The notes beneath the pieces were generated by a model. It worked only from the letters and a program-made list of their open reading frames with translations, made no database searches and was not told the origin of the DNA. Positions 19,414 to 29,282 of a stretch of 42,736 bases of DNA are shown piece by piece. The position numbers were made by a program, and so were the translations under genes. The stretch lies in the sequence record SRR31147125_1397; one strand, written 5' to 3'. Each line of letters begins with the position of its first letter. Within the stretch, counting starts at the first letter, position 1.

Positions 19414-20023
19414 ATGAATAAACTGAAAATTACACCAAGATATGAAGAAATTGCATATCAAATAGCCATGCAAATCAATCAAGGCATTATCAATGAAAAA
19501 GAGAAACTATGGAAGAACTCTACTTTCATCAAAGTTTAATGTTTCAAGTGAGACGATCAGAAGAGCTGTATCGTTACTTGCTAATTATGGTGTTGTACAA
19601 GTAAAAGAACAAAGTGGTGTCTATGTGATATCAAGGGAACGTTCAAAACTATTTTTAATTGATTTTGAGAAAAAAGCATCTTATAAAAATCAAAAAGCTG
19701 AAATACTTGATATGATGGATGAACAATATAAAATTCAGTTAAACATTCAAAAACACATGAAAAAACTGATGCAATCAAACGATTTGTTTCCATTTGATCA
19801 TTTTACAGTAAAGATTACAAAAGATATGAAACATCTAGGATTATCGATTAAAGAACTTGATTTTTATCAACATACTAAAGCTTTAATCATCGCATATGAA
19901 CTAGAAGAAAAGATGTATCAGATACCTGATCCAGATACAAAACTCATTCCAGGTATGATTCTATATATCATGGGAAATCTTATCATTAAAAAAGAAGTAT
20001 TATCGTTTTTTAAACACGTTTAA
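19414..20023 (+). pseudogene. busR: BusR-like regulator (GntR wHTH + RCK_C/TrkA_C), frameshifted (real mutation or sequencing error)
   Basis: GAGGGA RBS and ATG 19414 give MNKLKITPRYEEIAYQIA...EKL, which stops at 19539. The +1 frame continues YGRTLLSSKFNVSSETIRRA...LGLSIKELDFYQHTKALIIA..PDPDTKL. Lies upstream of the betaine ABC genes. Confidence 0.75.
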
Positions 20024-20025
20024 TC

Positions 20026-20051
20026 AGCACATGTCAAACATGTGCTTTTTT
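20026..20051 (+). terminator. Intrinsic terminator
   Basis: AGCACATG-tcaaa-CATGTGCT followed by a T run. Confidence 0.8.
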
Positions 20052-20128
20052 GTTGCCGTTTTACAAACTGACAACTTTATGATATAATTGAGGTTGTGAA
20101 AATACAACAAGAGAGAGGAAGAAAAAAC

Positions 20129-21109
20129 ATGAAAAAAATATTTTTATCATTGCTAGCGATTGTTACAATATTAACAGTTGCAGCATGTCAATATGAGTCT
20201 CAGGCAATCGTTATTGCTGAAGGTGACTGGGACAGCAATCGCTTCTATAATGAAGTGACTAAATTTATATTAGAAGAAGGGTATGACAAAGAAGTAGAAA
20301 TTACGCAAGTTGGTACTGAAACATTAAAATTAGGATTAAGAGATGGATCAATAGACTTAAATGTAGAAACTTGGTCTGCAAATATGACATCTTATGATGA
20401 AGACATTGAAGCTGGTTATTATGATGAATTAGGGATTAATTTTGATGATAACTATCAAGGTCTATATATTCCAGCTTATTTACAAGAGGAATATCCTGAT
20501 CTTGTATCAGTTAATGATTTAGTGAAATATAAACATCTATTTCCAGATGTCGATAACTCAAGTTGGAATGCTGAAACTGATAAAGCTATCGTTTATGGTG
20601 GACCATCATCATGGGGAGCATCTAAATTCTATATTTCAAAATTTGAAAATAGTACAGATTATCCAGAATTAGTTGCAAATTTTGAATTTAGAAACATTGA
20701 AAGTACTGCAACATTAAACACAACAATTGTAAGTGCATATGAAAATGAAGAACCATGGGTAGGATACTACTGGGAACCAACAGATATTATGGGTACATAT
20801 GATATGGTTTTATTAGAAGATGACATCCCATTTAATAGTGAAACTGGTGCTGGTAATATGCCAACAACAAATATTACGATTGTCGCTACTGATGGTTTTA
20901 CAGATGACCATCCTGAAGCAACAACTTACTTAAGTAAAATGAGAACATCTTCATCGGTTGTTAACGATGTATTAGCATATATGGTAGAAAATGATTTAGA
21001 TACTTATGATGCTGCGATTTGGTGGTTAGATAATAACGAAGATGTATGGAGTACATGGGTCACAGAAGATGCACGAGATGCAATTAGAGAAGCGCTAGAC
21101 GCGTTATAA
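20129..21109 (+). CDS. Glycine betaine/proline ABC transporter substrate-binding lipoprotein (ProX/OpuAC-like)
   Basis: Lipobox VAAC, DWDS, VETW, GLYIPAY and GYYWEP motifs; GAGGA RBS. Confidence 0.85.
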   Translation: MKKIFLSLLAIVTILTVAACQYESQAIVIAEGDWDSNRFYNEVTKFILEEGYDKEVEITQVGTETLKLGLRDGSIDLNVETWSANMTSYDEDIEAGYYDELGINFDDNYQGLYIPAYLQEEYPDLVSVNDLVKYKHLFPDVDNSSWNAETDKAIVYGGPSSWGASKFYISKFENSTDYPELVANFEFRNIESTATLNTTIVSAYENEEPWVGYYWEPTDIMGTYDMVLLEDDIPFNSETGAGNMPTTNITIVATDGFTDDHPEATTYLSKMRTSSSVVNDVLAYMVENDLDTYDAAIWWLDNNEDVWSTWVTEDARDAIREALDAL

Positions 21110-21126
21110 AATAAAATAAATAATTG

Positions 21127-21156
21127 AATATATGCAGCCAAATAGCTGCATATATT
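21127..21156. other. Intercistronic stem-loop (mRNA stabiliser or partial terminator)
   Basis: Perfect 12-bp inverted repeat AATATATGCAGC/GCTGCATATATT between the binding-protein and permease genes. Confidence 0.65.
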
Positions 21157-21175
21157 TATGTATATGGAGGTTTTT

Positions 21176-22222
21176 ATGTTTCAAGTACCAGAGTGGTTAG
21201 ACAAAGGTAATGATTTAGCAAATTTGATTGATCGGTTCTTTGATTGGTTTAAATCATTTTTTGGCGGTTTATTTGATGTGATCAAAGTGATGATTATGTC
21301 ACTCTTAGATTTAATCACAAATGTTTTAACAAATACACCATGGTGGATTTGGTTAGTTATTGTAGGTTTATATATAGGTTTTAAATATTTTACAAAATTA
21401 AAATCTAAGATTAAATGGTTTTCAATGTTTGGTGTATTAGTCGCATGGCTTATATTTCACAATGTTGCTATTGAGAATCCAGCAGTTGCACTTGATTTAG
21501 GAAATATCACAACACCATGGTGGATATTTGTTATTTTCTTATTTTTTGCAACTAAGTATTTATATAATAGTTATAAAATGGCAAGTTTACTTGCTGTATT
21601 ACTCGCATTGATTGCAGTGTTTGGTGTATGGGATGAAATGATATCAACTGTATCAATAATTATCATTGCAGTGATATTTAGTATTGTTATTGGGATACCT
21701 TTTGGTATTTTAATGGCTAAATTTGATCTTGCTAAAAAAATCATTCAACCGATTTTGGATATGATGCAGACCATACCATCATTTGTCTATTTAATCCCTG
21801 CGATTATGTTATTTAGTATTGGTCGTGTACCAGCAACGTTTGCAACCATTATTTATGCGGTTCCACCGCTTATTCGCTTAACGTATTTAGGTATTGCGAA
21901 TGTTGATGAAGAAATGATAGAAGCAGGTCTTGCATTTGGTTCTACGCCACGACAATTATTATTTAAAGTACAAATACCACAAGCATTAGGAACCATTGCA
22001 ACTGGTTTAAATCAAACAACAATGATGGCTGTTTCAATGGTTGTTATTGCATCAATGATTGGTGCTGGTGGATTAGGTAGTATTGTACTTAGTGCAAACC
22101 AACAAATTGAAATTGGAGAAGGTTTCGTTGGTGGATTTGCTATTGTATTCTTAGCGATTATCTTAGATAGATTATTACAAGGTGTTGCAGATAAAATTGA
22201 ATCTAGAAGAGGTGAAGCATAA
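21176..22222 (+). CDS. Glycine betaine/proline ABC transporter permease (ProW/OpuAB)
   Basis: PILDMMQTIPSFVYLIP, PPLIRLT.LGI and GLNQTTMM..SMVVIASMIGAGGLG motifs. Confidence 0.92.
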   Translation: MFQVPEWLDKGNDLANLIDRFFDWFKSFFGGLFDVIKVMIMSLLDLITNVLTNTPWWIWLVIVGLYIGFKYFTKLKSKIKWFSMFGVLVAWLIFHNVAIENPAVALDLGNITTPWWIFVIFLFFATKYLYNSYKMASLLAVLLALIAVFGVWDEMISTVSIIIIAVIFSIVIGIPFGILMAKFDLAKKIIQPILDMMQTIPSFVYLIPAIMLFSIGRVPATFATIIYAVPPLIRLTYLGIANVDEEMIEAGLAFGSTPRQLLFKVQIPQALGTIATGLNQTTMMAVSMVVIASMIGAGGLGSIVLSANQQIEIGEGFVGGFAIVFLAIILDRLLQGVADKIESRRGEA

Positions 22223-23400
22223 TGGGAATTGCTATATCAGTAAAAAATATGAGTATGATTTTTGGTACTGAAAAACAAAAACAAGCGGCTTTAAAACTTA
22301 TTGATTCAGATTTATCAGCTGCTGATATAAAAAAGAAAACAGGTGCAACTGTTGCAAATCGAAATGTTAATTTTGAAATTGAAGAAAACGAGATGTTTGT
22401 GATTGTAGGTTTATCTGGTTCAGGAAAATCAACATTCATTCGTACACTTAATCTACTGAATGTGCCAACAGCTGGTGATGTGATTGTAGGTGGAAGAAAT
22501 GTCACAAAATTAGATGATAAAGAACTTAGAGCTTATCGAAGAAAAAATGTTTCTATGGTATTCCAACATTTTGGATTATTTAGTCATATGAGTGTTTTAC
22601 AAAATGTAGAATACCCACTTGAGATCCAAGGTATAGAACCAACACTTAAAAGAAATCGTGCATTAGAAGCGATTGAAAGTGTTGGCTTAAAAGGTTGGGA
22701 AAAATCAATGATTAGTGAATTGTCTGGTGGTATGAGACAACGTGTTGGCCTTGCTAGAGCGCTGACAAATAATCCACAATTACTTTTAATGGATGAACCT
22801 TATAGTGCATTGGATCCATTGATTCGTAGAGATATGCAAAATGAATTATTAACATTAGAAGATGATTCACAACGTACGATTGTATTTATTACGCATGATA
22901 TGAATGAAGCATTTCGCTTAGGTGATCGTATAGCACTTATGAAAGATGGTGAGGTTATCCAAATTGGTACACCTGATCAATTCTTTAAAAACCCAGCAAA
23001 TGATTATGTTAAAGATTTTATTGCTGATGTTGATAAAACACGTATTTTGAAAGTTAGAAATGTGATGAGAAAAATTAATGATGTGGTTAAGTTTAATGAC
23101 TCATTAGTTACAGTCAAACAATTCTTAGAAGATAAATCACTTGATTATTGCTATGTGGTTGATGAAAATCAAAAACTAGTTGGTTATGTTGAAAAATCAA
23201 GTGTTGTTCGTTCTAAACAAAAAACGATTGAATCACTTGTTAAAACTGAAGGCTATGAATTTGCAAGAAGAAATGATTATTTAAAAGATGTTTACTCAAA
23301 TTTAAAAGAGACAACTTATGATGTCCCTGTTATTGATAATAAAGGACGATTTAGAGGTGTTTTAGGTCATGATGACATATTAGAGGCATTAACTGAATAA
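22222..23400 (+). CDS. Glycine betaine ABC transporter ATPase with CBS domains (ProV/OpuAA)
   Basis: GLSGSGKST, LSGGMRQRVGLARAL, MDEPYSALDPLIRRDMQ motifs and a C-terminal CBS pair. Confidence 0.92.
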   Translation: MGIAISVKNMSMIFGTEKQKQAALKLIDSDLSAADIKKKTGATVANRNVNFEIEENEMFVIVGLSGSGKSTFIRTLNLLNVPTAGDVIVGGRNVTKLDDKELRAYRRKNVSMVFQHFGLFSHMSVLQNVEYPLEIQGIEPTLKRNRALEAIESVGLKGWEKSMISELSGGMRQRVGLARALTNNPQLLLMDEPYSALDPLIRRDMQNELLTLEDDSQRTIVFITHDMNEAFRLGDRIALMKDGEVIQIGTPDQFFKNPANDYVKDFIADVDKTRILKVRNVMRKINDVVKFNDSLVTVKQFLEDKSLDYCYVVDENQKLVGYVEKSSVVRSKQKTIESLVKTEGYEFARRNDYLKDVYSNLKETTYDVPVIDNKGRFRGVLGHDDILEALTE

Positions 23401-23406
23401 ATCTAT

Positions 23407-23434
23407 AAAAAGACTGATTATTCAGTCTTTTTTT
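23407..23434 (+). terminator. Intrinsic terminator
   Basis: AAAAAGACTGA-ttat-TCAGTCTTTTTTT hairpin. Confidence 0.8.
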
Positions 23435-23497
23435 ATGCATGCAAATCAAACTGGTGAATAGCTTATGTTAGAATATAAGTAGAATAGAGGTAGTAAT

Positions 23498-24160
23498 ATG
23501 ACATATAAGACACTTGTAGAACAAAGATCAAAAGATCCAAAAAATCAATTAGATGATAAAACAAAAGCCATATATACAAAAGCAAATGTTGATTTATTAA
23601 ATCAAGCACTTTCGAAAGATGCGCTAAATGTAGGTGATAAAATACCTCATATTAAATTATCTAATCAATTAGGTGAAGAAATTGATCTCAATCAACGTTT
23701 AAAAAATGGTCCGATGATTATTTCTTTTTATCGTGGAGCATGGTGCCTATATTGTAATTTAGAACTGATGCTATATCAACATAAATTACAAGAAATTATG
23801 GATATAGGTGGTCAATTTATTGCGATTTCTCCTGATCTTCCTGACCAGTCTTTATCACTTTCTGAGAAGCGATCACTTAAATATCAAATATTATCAGATA
23901 AAGATAATCTTGTTGCAAAACAATTTCATCTGGTATTTAAAGTTGATGAAGATGTGATAGATATTTATAATAAAAAAGGCTTTGATTTACAAAAATATCA
24001 AGGCAATTCATTATATGAACTACCTATGCCTGCTACATATATTGTAGACGCGCAAGGAGTCATTAGATTTGCATATATCAATGAGTTATATGTCCAAAGA
24101 TTAGAACCAGCTGAAGCTGTTGAAAAATTAAGAGAAATAAGAGGTGAAACTCATGCATAA
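23498..24160 (+). CDS. Peroxiredoxin-like AhpC/TSA family protein
   Basis: FYRGAWCLYCN, AISP, ILSD and LPMPATYIVD motifs. Confidence 0.87.
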   Translation: MTYKTLVEQRSKDPKNQLDDKTKAIYTKANVDLLNQALSKDALNVGDKIPHIKLSNQLGEEIDLNQRLKNGPMIISFYRGAWCLYCNLELMLYQHKLQEIMDIGGQFIAISPDLPDQSLSLSEKRSLKYQILSDKDNLVAKQFHLVFKVDEDVIDIYNKKGFDLQKYQGNSLYELPMPATYIVDAQGVIRFAYINELYVQRLEPAEAVEKLREIRGETHA

Positions 24161-25016
24161 AGCTATAGAAGCAGGACTGATGGCCAATGCGGCTACACTA
24201 GGTATACATTGGATTTATGATCATCAGTTTTTAAAAGATTTATCCGTGAAAGAATCATTGTTATTTAGAGTACAAGATCACGCATTGTATCGTAGGGCAA
24301 AACCTTCGTACTTTAGTTATCCTGATCAAAAACTTGGAGACGTCAGTGTACAAGGAGATATTCTTAAATGGCTTTATGAAGCACTTGAAAATAATCATGA
24401 CTATCATGTTAAACAATATGAAAATATGTTATTTAAGCAATTTAGACCAGGTGGGAACTACCGCGGCTATGTTGAAACATATGCGAAAAAACAAGTGGTT
24501 AACACACTGAATAAACAATTAAATCAAGATGGTGGTGACATCGTGATTAATGATGATCATCTCGTTGGTTTCATGCCTTATCTTGCTTGTCATGCATTAG
24601 GTATCAATCATATGAAAGCATGGGAACTTGCTAAATTATATACACAGGATGAAGCATATTTATCATATTATAAAATGTTTGATCGTTTAATAGAAAATTT
24701 AAAAACAATGGATAAAAAAGATGCGATTAAAGATGCACTTGAAGAAGCACCTAAAGCATCTTTAGAATCACTTGAACATGCGATTAAAGATAGTGATACT
24801 GATCTATTTATTGACAATTATGCAGGTAGAGCATGTGAAATTAAGCAATCGATTCCTGTTATACTTCATGTTTTTAGTCATTATGATGATTTTGAAGAAG
24901 CAATCATAGAAAATGCGAAAATAGGTGGCGCAATTTCAGATAGAAATACTATCTTAGGTTTTTTATTATCTTATGTTAGCCAAGTGCCTAAGTCATGGTA
25001 TAATAAATTAAAATAA
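24153..25016 (+). CDS. ADP-ribosylglycohydrolase family protein (divergent)
   Basis: ANAATLGIHWIYD start and EAIIENAKIGG...R..ILG end; GAGGTG RBS before ATG 24153. Confidence 0.7.
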   Translation: MHKAIEAGLMANAATLGIHWIYDHQFLKDLSVKESLLFRVQDHALYRRAKPSYFSYPDQKLGDVSVQGDILKWLYEALENNHDYHVKQYENMLFKQFRPGGNYRGYVETYAKKQVVNTLNKQLNQDGGDIVINDDHLVGFMPYLACHALGINHMKAWELAKLYTQDEAYLSYYKMFDRLIENLKTMDKKDAIKDALEEAPKASLESLEHAIKDSDTDLFIDNYAGRACEIKQSIPVILHVFSHYDDFEEAIIENAKIGGAISDRNTILGFLLSYVSQVPKSWYNKLK

Positions 25017-25037
25017 GATAAAAAAGGATTAAGATTT

Positions 25038-25361
25038 ATGACGTTAGATGAATTGCAATTAAAAGTAAAAAAATTTGTTGATGAAAAAAATATTGGAACA
25101 AACATTGAAAGTAGAATGATTGATTTATTATCAGAGGCTGGAGAATTATCAAAAGAACTCTTGAAAAGTACCAGTTATGGTAAAAAAGATTTTGAAACAA
25201 CGCCGTTATTTAAAAATGAACTAGGTGATGTCTTTTTTTCGTTAATATCTTTAGCTAATCAATCGGATATATCACTTCAACAAGTGATAGAAGATGCGTT
25301 TATTAAATATGAAAAGCGATTCATCGATCATCAGCACATCGGATCTGTAGATAAAAAATAA
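25038..25361 (+). CDS. MazG-like nucleotide pyrophosphohydrolase
   Basis: SEAGELSKE and ELGDVFF (ExxE...ExxD) motifs. Confidence 0.85.
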   Translation: MTLDELQLKVKKFVDEKNIGTNIESRMIDLLSEAGELSKELLKSTSYGKKDFETTPLFKNELGDVFFSLISLANQSDISLQQVIEDAFIKYEKRFIDHQHIGSVDKK

Positions 25362-25366
25362 AAGTA

Positions 25367-25395
25367 TTGACATATGGCTATTTAATCTATATAAT
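25367..25395 (+). promoter_or_regulatory. Consensus sigma-A promoter
   Basis: TTGACA-17 bp-TATAAT. Confidence 0.9.
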
Positions 25396-25405
25396 TAGTT
25401 TAAAT

Positions 25406-25649
25406 CAATGATTGGAAAGAGTAAACTAATCGTTTTATCAAAGAGAGTATGTGGTTGGTGTGAACATACATAAAACAATTATTTGAATGGGTCCAAGAGA
25501 GGAAGTTTGAATTAAGTAGGACTTCACGGGTACGCCCGTTACCGCGTTAAGATATGATTGTATCTGATTGAGGGTTCTTTTAAAGAACTAAAAAAAGGTG
25601 GTACCACGATATATTCGTCCTTTATGCATTTTGCATAGAGGGCTTTTTT
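25406..25649 (+). ncRNA. T-box riboswitch, Trp specifier
   Basis: Stem I with AGAGA and GGTGTGAA motifs, GAA-TGG specifier (TGG 25488-25490), AGTA and GCCCGTTA motifs, T-box AAGGTGGTACCACG (25595-25608), and a terminator at 25617-25649. Confidence 0.93.
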
Positions 25650-25746
25650 ATTTTTAAAGGAGGTATAAATATGGGTCCATGAAGTCATCGATTAACCAAT
25701 GAAAAATCTATAAAACAAAAACTAAAATCGAAAGGAATTAAAATAG

Positions 25747-26928
25747 ATGAAAACACAATTTGGAAAATATGGTGGACAATTTGTACCACCACAAGTCATT
25801 CAAGCATTAAATGAATTAGAAGTAGCTTTTGAAGAAGCCAAAAATGATCCTAGTTTTATTGAGGAATTTAAATATTATTTAAAAGATTATGTTGGTAGAC
25901 CTAGCCCGCTATATTACGCAGAAGCCTTAACAAAAAAACTAGGTGGTGCGAAAATATATTTAAAACGTGAAGATTTAAATCATACGGGTGCGCATAAAAT
26001 CAATAATACAATTGGTCAAATATTACTTGCTAAACGTATGGGTAAAAAACGTATTATTGCAGAAACAGGTGCAGGGCAACATGGTGTTGCAAGTGCTACT
26101 GCAGCAGCCATGTTTGGTATGGAGTGTGAGATATATCAAGGTGAACTTGATACACAAAGACAACGTTTAAATGTCTTTAGAATGGAAATGTTAGGGGCTA
26201 AGGTGACACCTGTCACACAAGGGACTAAAACATTATCAGATGCTGTTGATTATGCAATCAATGAATGGGTAAAACGTATTGATGATACATTTTATTTACT
26301 AGGATCTGCTGTGGGTCCACATCCTTATCCATCCATTGTTAAATATTTCCAAAAAATTATTGGAGAAGAAGCAAAAAAACAAGTGCTTGAAAAAGAAGAG
26401 AGATTACCTGATTATTTAATTGCTTGTGTGGGTGGTGGATCAAATGCCATTGGCTTGTTTACTGACTTTCTAGATGATGAAGAAGTGAAAATTGTAGGTG
26501 TGGAGGCAGCAGGGAAAGGATTAAATACAAAAGATCATGCAGCGACGATGACACTTGGAAAAGAAGGCGTGATTCATGGGATGAATACGAAAGCTATCTT
26601 AAATGAAGATGGTAGTCCATCTCCAGTTTATTCAATTTCTGCAGGACTTGATTATCCAGGTGTAGGACCAGAACATGCATTTTTACAAGATATAAAAAGA
26701 GTCACTTATGAGTCTTGTACAGACCAAGAAGCTGTCGATGCATTTCTAGCATTATCGCAAATCGAAGGGATCATTCCTGCGATTGAATCTGCACATGCCA
26801 TCTCTTATGTGATGAAGTTAGCACCAACCTTAGATAAAGATAAAACTATTATTGTTAATTTATCAGGTAGAGGCGATAAAGATGTTGAATCGATTGAATC
26901 GTACTTAAATCAAAAACCGACACATTAA
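25747..26928 (+). CDS. trpB: Tryptophan synthase beta chain (TrpB1 type)
   Basis: [55 protein letters not shown] and NLSGRGDKD motifs. Confidence 0.97.
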   Translation: MKTQFGKYGGQFVPPQVIQALNELEVAFEEAKNDPSFIEEFKYYLKDYVGRPSPLYYAEALTKKLGGAKIYLKREDLNHTGAHKINNTIGQILLAKRMGKKRIIAETGAGQHGVASATAAAMFGMECEIYQGELDTQRQRLNVFRMEMLGAKVTPVTQGTKTLSDAVDYAINEWVKRIDDTFYLLGSAVGPHPYPSIVKYFQKIIGEEAKKQVLEKEERLPDYLIACVGGGSNAIGLFTDFLDDEEVKIVGVEAAGKGLNTKDHAATMTLGKEGVIHGMNTKAILNEDGSPSPVYSISAGLDYPGVGPEHAFLQDIKRVTYESCTDQEAVDAFLALSQIEGIIPAIESAHAISYVMKLAPTLDKDKTIIVNLSGRGDKDVESIESYLNQKPTH

Positions 26929-27034
26929 GGATTAAACACAATATTTGTCATCAGTATAAAATCATTGTATAATATTTATATACATTAGATTTTTATACTT
27001 CGTATAGAAATCTTTATTTTTTGATGAGGTAGAT

Positions 27035-29269
27035 ATGCGCATAAAACAAGAAGAATATATCATTGAACGACATGACAGATTAACCATGGATGATCTATTA
27101 AGTGATGAAACCATATTTTCACTAGCAAATGGCTCTCTAGGCGCTAGAGGGCATTTTGCTGAAGGTTATGGCACTGAGGATTTTCCTATAACATTATTAA
27201 ATGGTTTTTACAATAAGTATCCCCTGCGTTATGAAGAAAACTATACAGGTTTTCCGCAGCAAGGACAAACAATTGTCACATTACCAGATGCATCTTATAT
27301 ACAATTAATCACTGATGATGGCAAAATTGATTTAAAACATGCAGAACTTATAAGTTTAAAACGTAAGCTTTTTATGAGAAAAGGTTACACAGAAAGAGTT
27401 GCTACTTATAAAAGTAAAAAAGGGCATACGTTTATTGTTAAAGAGAAAAAAATAGTTGCATCTAATCGCAATGAAATTGTGATACATTTAGAAGTATCTT
27501 CTAAAGATTATCAAGGACCACTTGAGATAAGATCTTATTTAAGAATGCCACAAATTAGATATGTCTATAATGTTGATCCAAGACTTCCTGATATTAGAAG
27601 ACATTTAGAGTTAACTGAAATTACATCTTTAGACAAGGTCTGTTATTTAAAAGCAAAAACAACCAATACTAACCAAAAGATACATGTTGCAGTCACACAT
27701 GATATCGATGTATCTTACGAAGAAGATAGTGAGTCTATAGTGGGTATTCATCATACATCTATAGATCCAAATCATCCATTTGAAATGACAAAATATGCAT
27801 TATATACAACACCAAAAGTACAAAAAAGATTTCATGGTAAAGTCGGTAAGATTGCTGATTTTATTTATTCTTTTGAGCAATACATTAAAGAAGAAACAAC
27901 AAACCGACGTAAGTTTTGGGCAAATTCTGCCATTCATTTATCCGATAAATCAATAGAAATGGCATTGCGCTATAATGTTTATCAATTGCATTTAAATGCG
28001 GGTAAACATAATGAGACACATATTGCAGCTAAAGGTATTACTGGAGAAGGGTATGAAGGTCATTACTTTTGGGATACTGAAGCTTATATGTTGCCATATT
28101 TTATTTTGACAAATCCAAATAAGGCAAGAAAAATATTGATGTATCGTTATTTAACACTTGATCAATCAAGAAGAGAAGCAAGAAATCTTGGTGTCAATCG
28201 TGGGGCAAAAATCGCTTGGAGAACCATAAATGGTTTAGAATCATCTGCATACTTTTTAACAGGTTCAGCACAAATACATATTAATAGTGATGTTGCATTA
28301 GGAATTAGAAACTATTACTATGCAACCAAAGATATTAATTTCATGATTAAGTATGGTATGGAAGTCGTTTTAGAGACTGCCTTGTTTTTACTTGATTATG
28401 GATTTTTTGATGATGATAATCAATTTCATATTAATCAGGTCACAGGACCTGATGAATATACGGTTTTAGTTGATGATAATTATTATACGAATTTAGTTGC
28501 AAAACAACATTTTAAATTTGCTTTTGAGTTTGCATCTAAATATCAAAATGAATTATCTGAAGTATTTCATCGTGTGAATATCAATATGCAAACACTTGAA
28601 AGATTGATGCATGCATCTGAACAAATGACACTCTTAATTGATGAGAGAAGACAAATGATTAAACAAGATGCATCATTTTTAAATAAAAAAGATTATGATT
28701 TATCAAGAATTCCAAGAGAAAATTTTCCATTGTTGCTCAGTTATCATCCTATTGATTTATATCGTCATCAAATTATTAAACAAGCAGATGGGGTACTTGC
28801 CTTAATTTATCAAGATGATATTGATCAAAATATCTATAGAAATAGTTTTAACTATTATTTACAAAGAACTACCCATGATTCTAGCTTATCCAGATGTATT
28901 TATGGTATTGCAGGTTATAAACTAGGCTATGAAGATTTAGCTTTTGATTATTTTAGAAAAGTATGCGATCTTGATTTTAGAGATTCTCATAATCGAACAA
29001 CACATGGATTACATGTGGCAAATTTAGGCGGTAGTTATTTAATGCTTATTTATGGTTTGTTTGGTATAAGATTTGATGAAGTGCTATCGATGAGTCCAGC
29101 TAAACAAACGAAGATAAATCACATGAAAACAAAAATTAAATATTTAGGTGCTGACATATGGATAGAGTTAACACCTCATGATTTAAAACTTAAAACAAAT
29201 AAAAAAGTGGAAATCAATATTTATCATAAGCATTATACGTTAGAATCAACTTTAAAAATTAAATTATAA
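27035..29269 (+). CDS. Glycoside hydrolase family 65 (maltose/trehalose/kojibiose phosphorylase-like)
   Basis: FSLANG.LG.RG, KGITGEGYEGHYFWDTE, TGPDEY, KQAD and HDSSLS motifs. Confidence 0.92.
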   Translation: MRIKQEEYIIERHDRLTMDDLLSDETIFSLANGSLGARGHFAEGYGTEDFPITLLNGFYNKYPLRYEENYTGFPQQGQTIVTLPDASYIQLITDDGKIDLKHAELISLKRKLFMRKGYTERVATYKSKKGHTFIVKEKKIVASNRNEIVIHLEVSSKDYQGPLEIRSYLRMPQIRYVYNVDPRLPDIRRHLELTEITSLDKVCYLKAKTTNTNQKIHVAVTHDIDVSYEEDSESIVGIHHTSIDPNHPFEMTKYALYTTPKVQKRFHGKVGKIADFIYSFEQYIKEETTNRRKFWANSAIHLSDKSIEMALRYNVYQLHLNAGKHNETHIAAKGITGEGYEGHYFWDTEAYMLPYFILTNPNKARKILMYRYLTLDQSRREARNLGVNRGAKIAWRTINGLESSAYFLTGSAQIHINSDVALGIRNYYYATKDINFMIKYGMEVVLETALFLLDYGFFDDDNQFHINQVTGPDEYTVLVDDNYYTNLVAKQHFKFAFEFASKYQNELSEVFHRVNINMQTLERLMHASEQMTLLIDERRQMIKQDASFLNKKDYDLSRIPRENFPLLLSYHPIDLYRHQIIKQADGVLALIYQDDIDQNIYRNSFNYYLQRTTHDSSLSRCIYGIAGYKLGYEDLAFDYFRKVCDLDFRDSHNRTTHGLHVANLGGSYLMLIYGLFGIRFDEVLSMSPAKQTKINHMKTKIKYLGADIWIELTPHDLKLKTNKKVEINIYHKHYTLESTLKIKL

Positions 29270-29282
29270 AGGATGTGTTTGT

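Noticed and set aside
25680-25682. TGA read as Trp (genetic code 4) in the T-box leader mini-ORF
   Set aside because: Genes here use TGG for Trp and end in TGA with ATGA overlaps, consistent with code 11.
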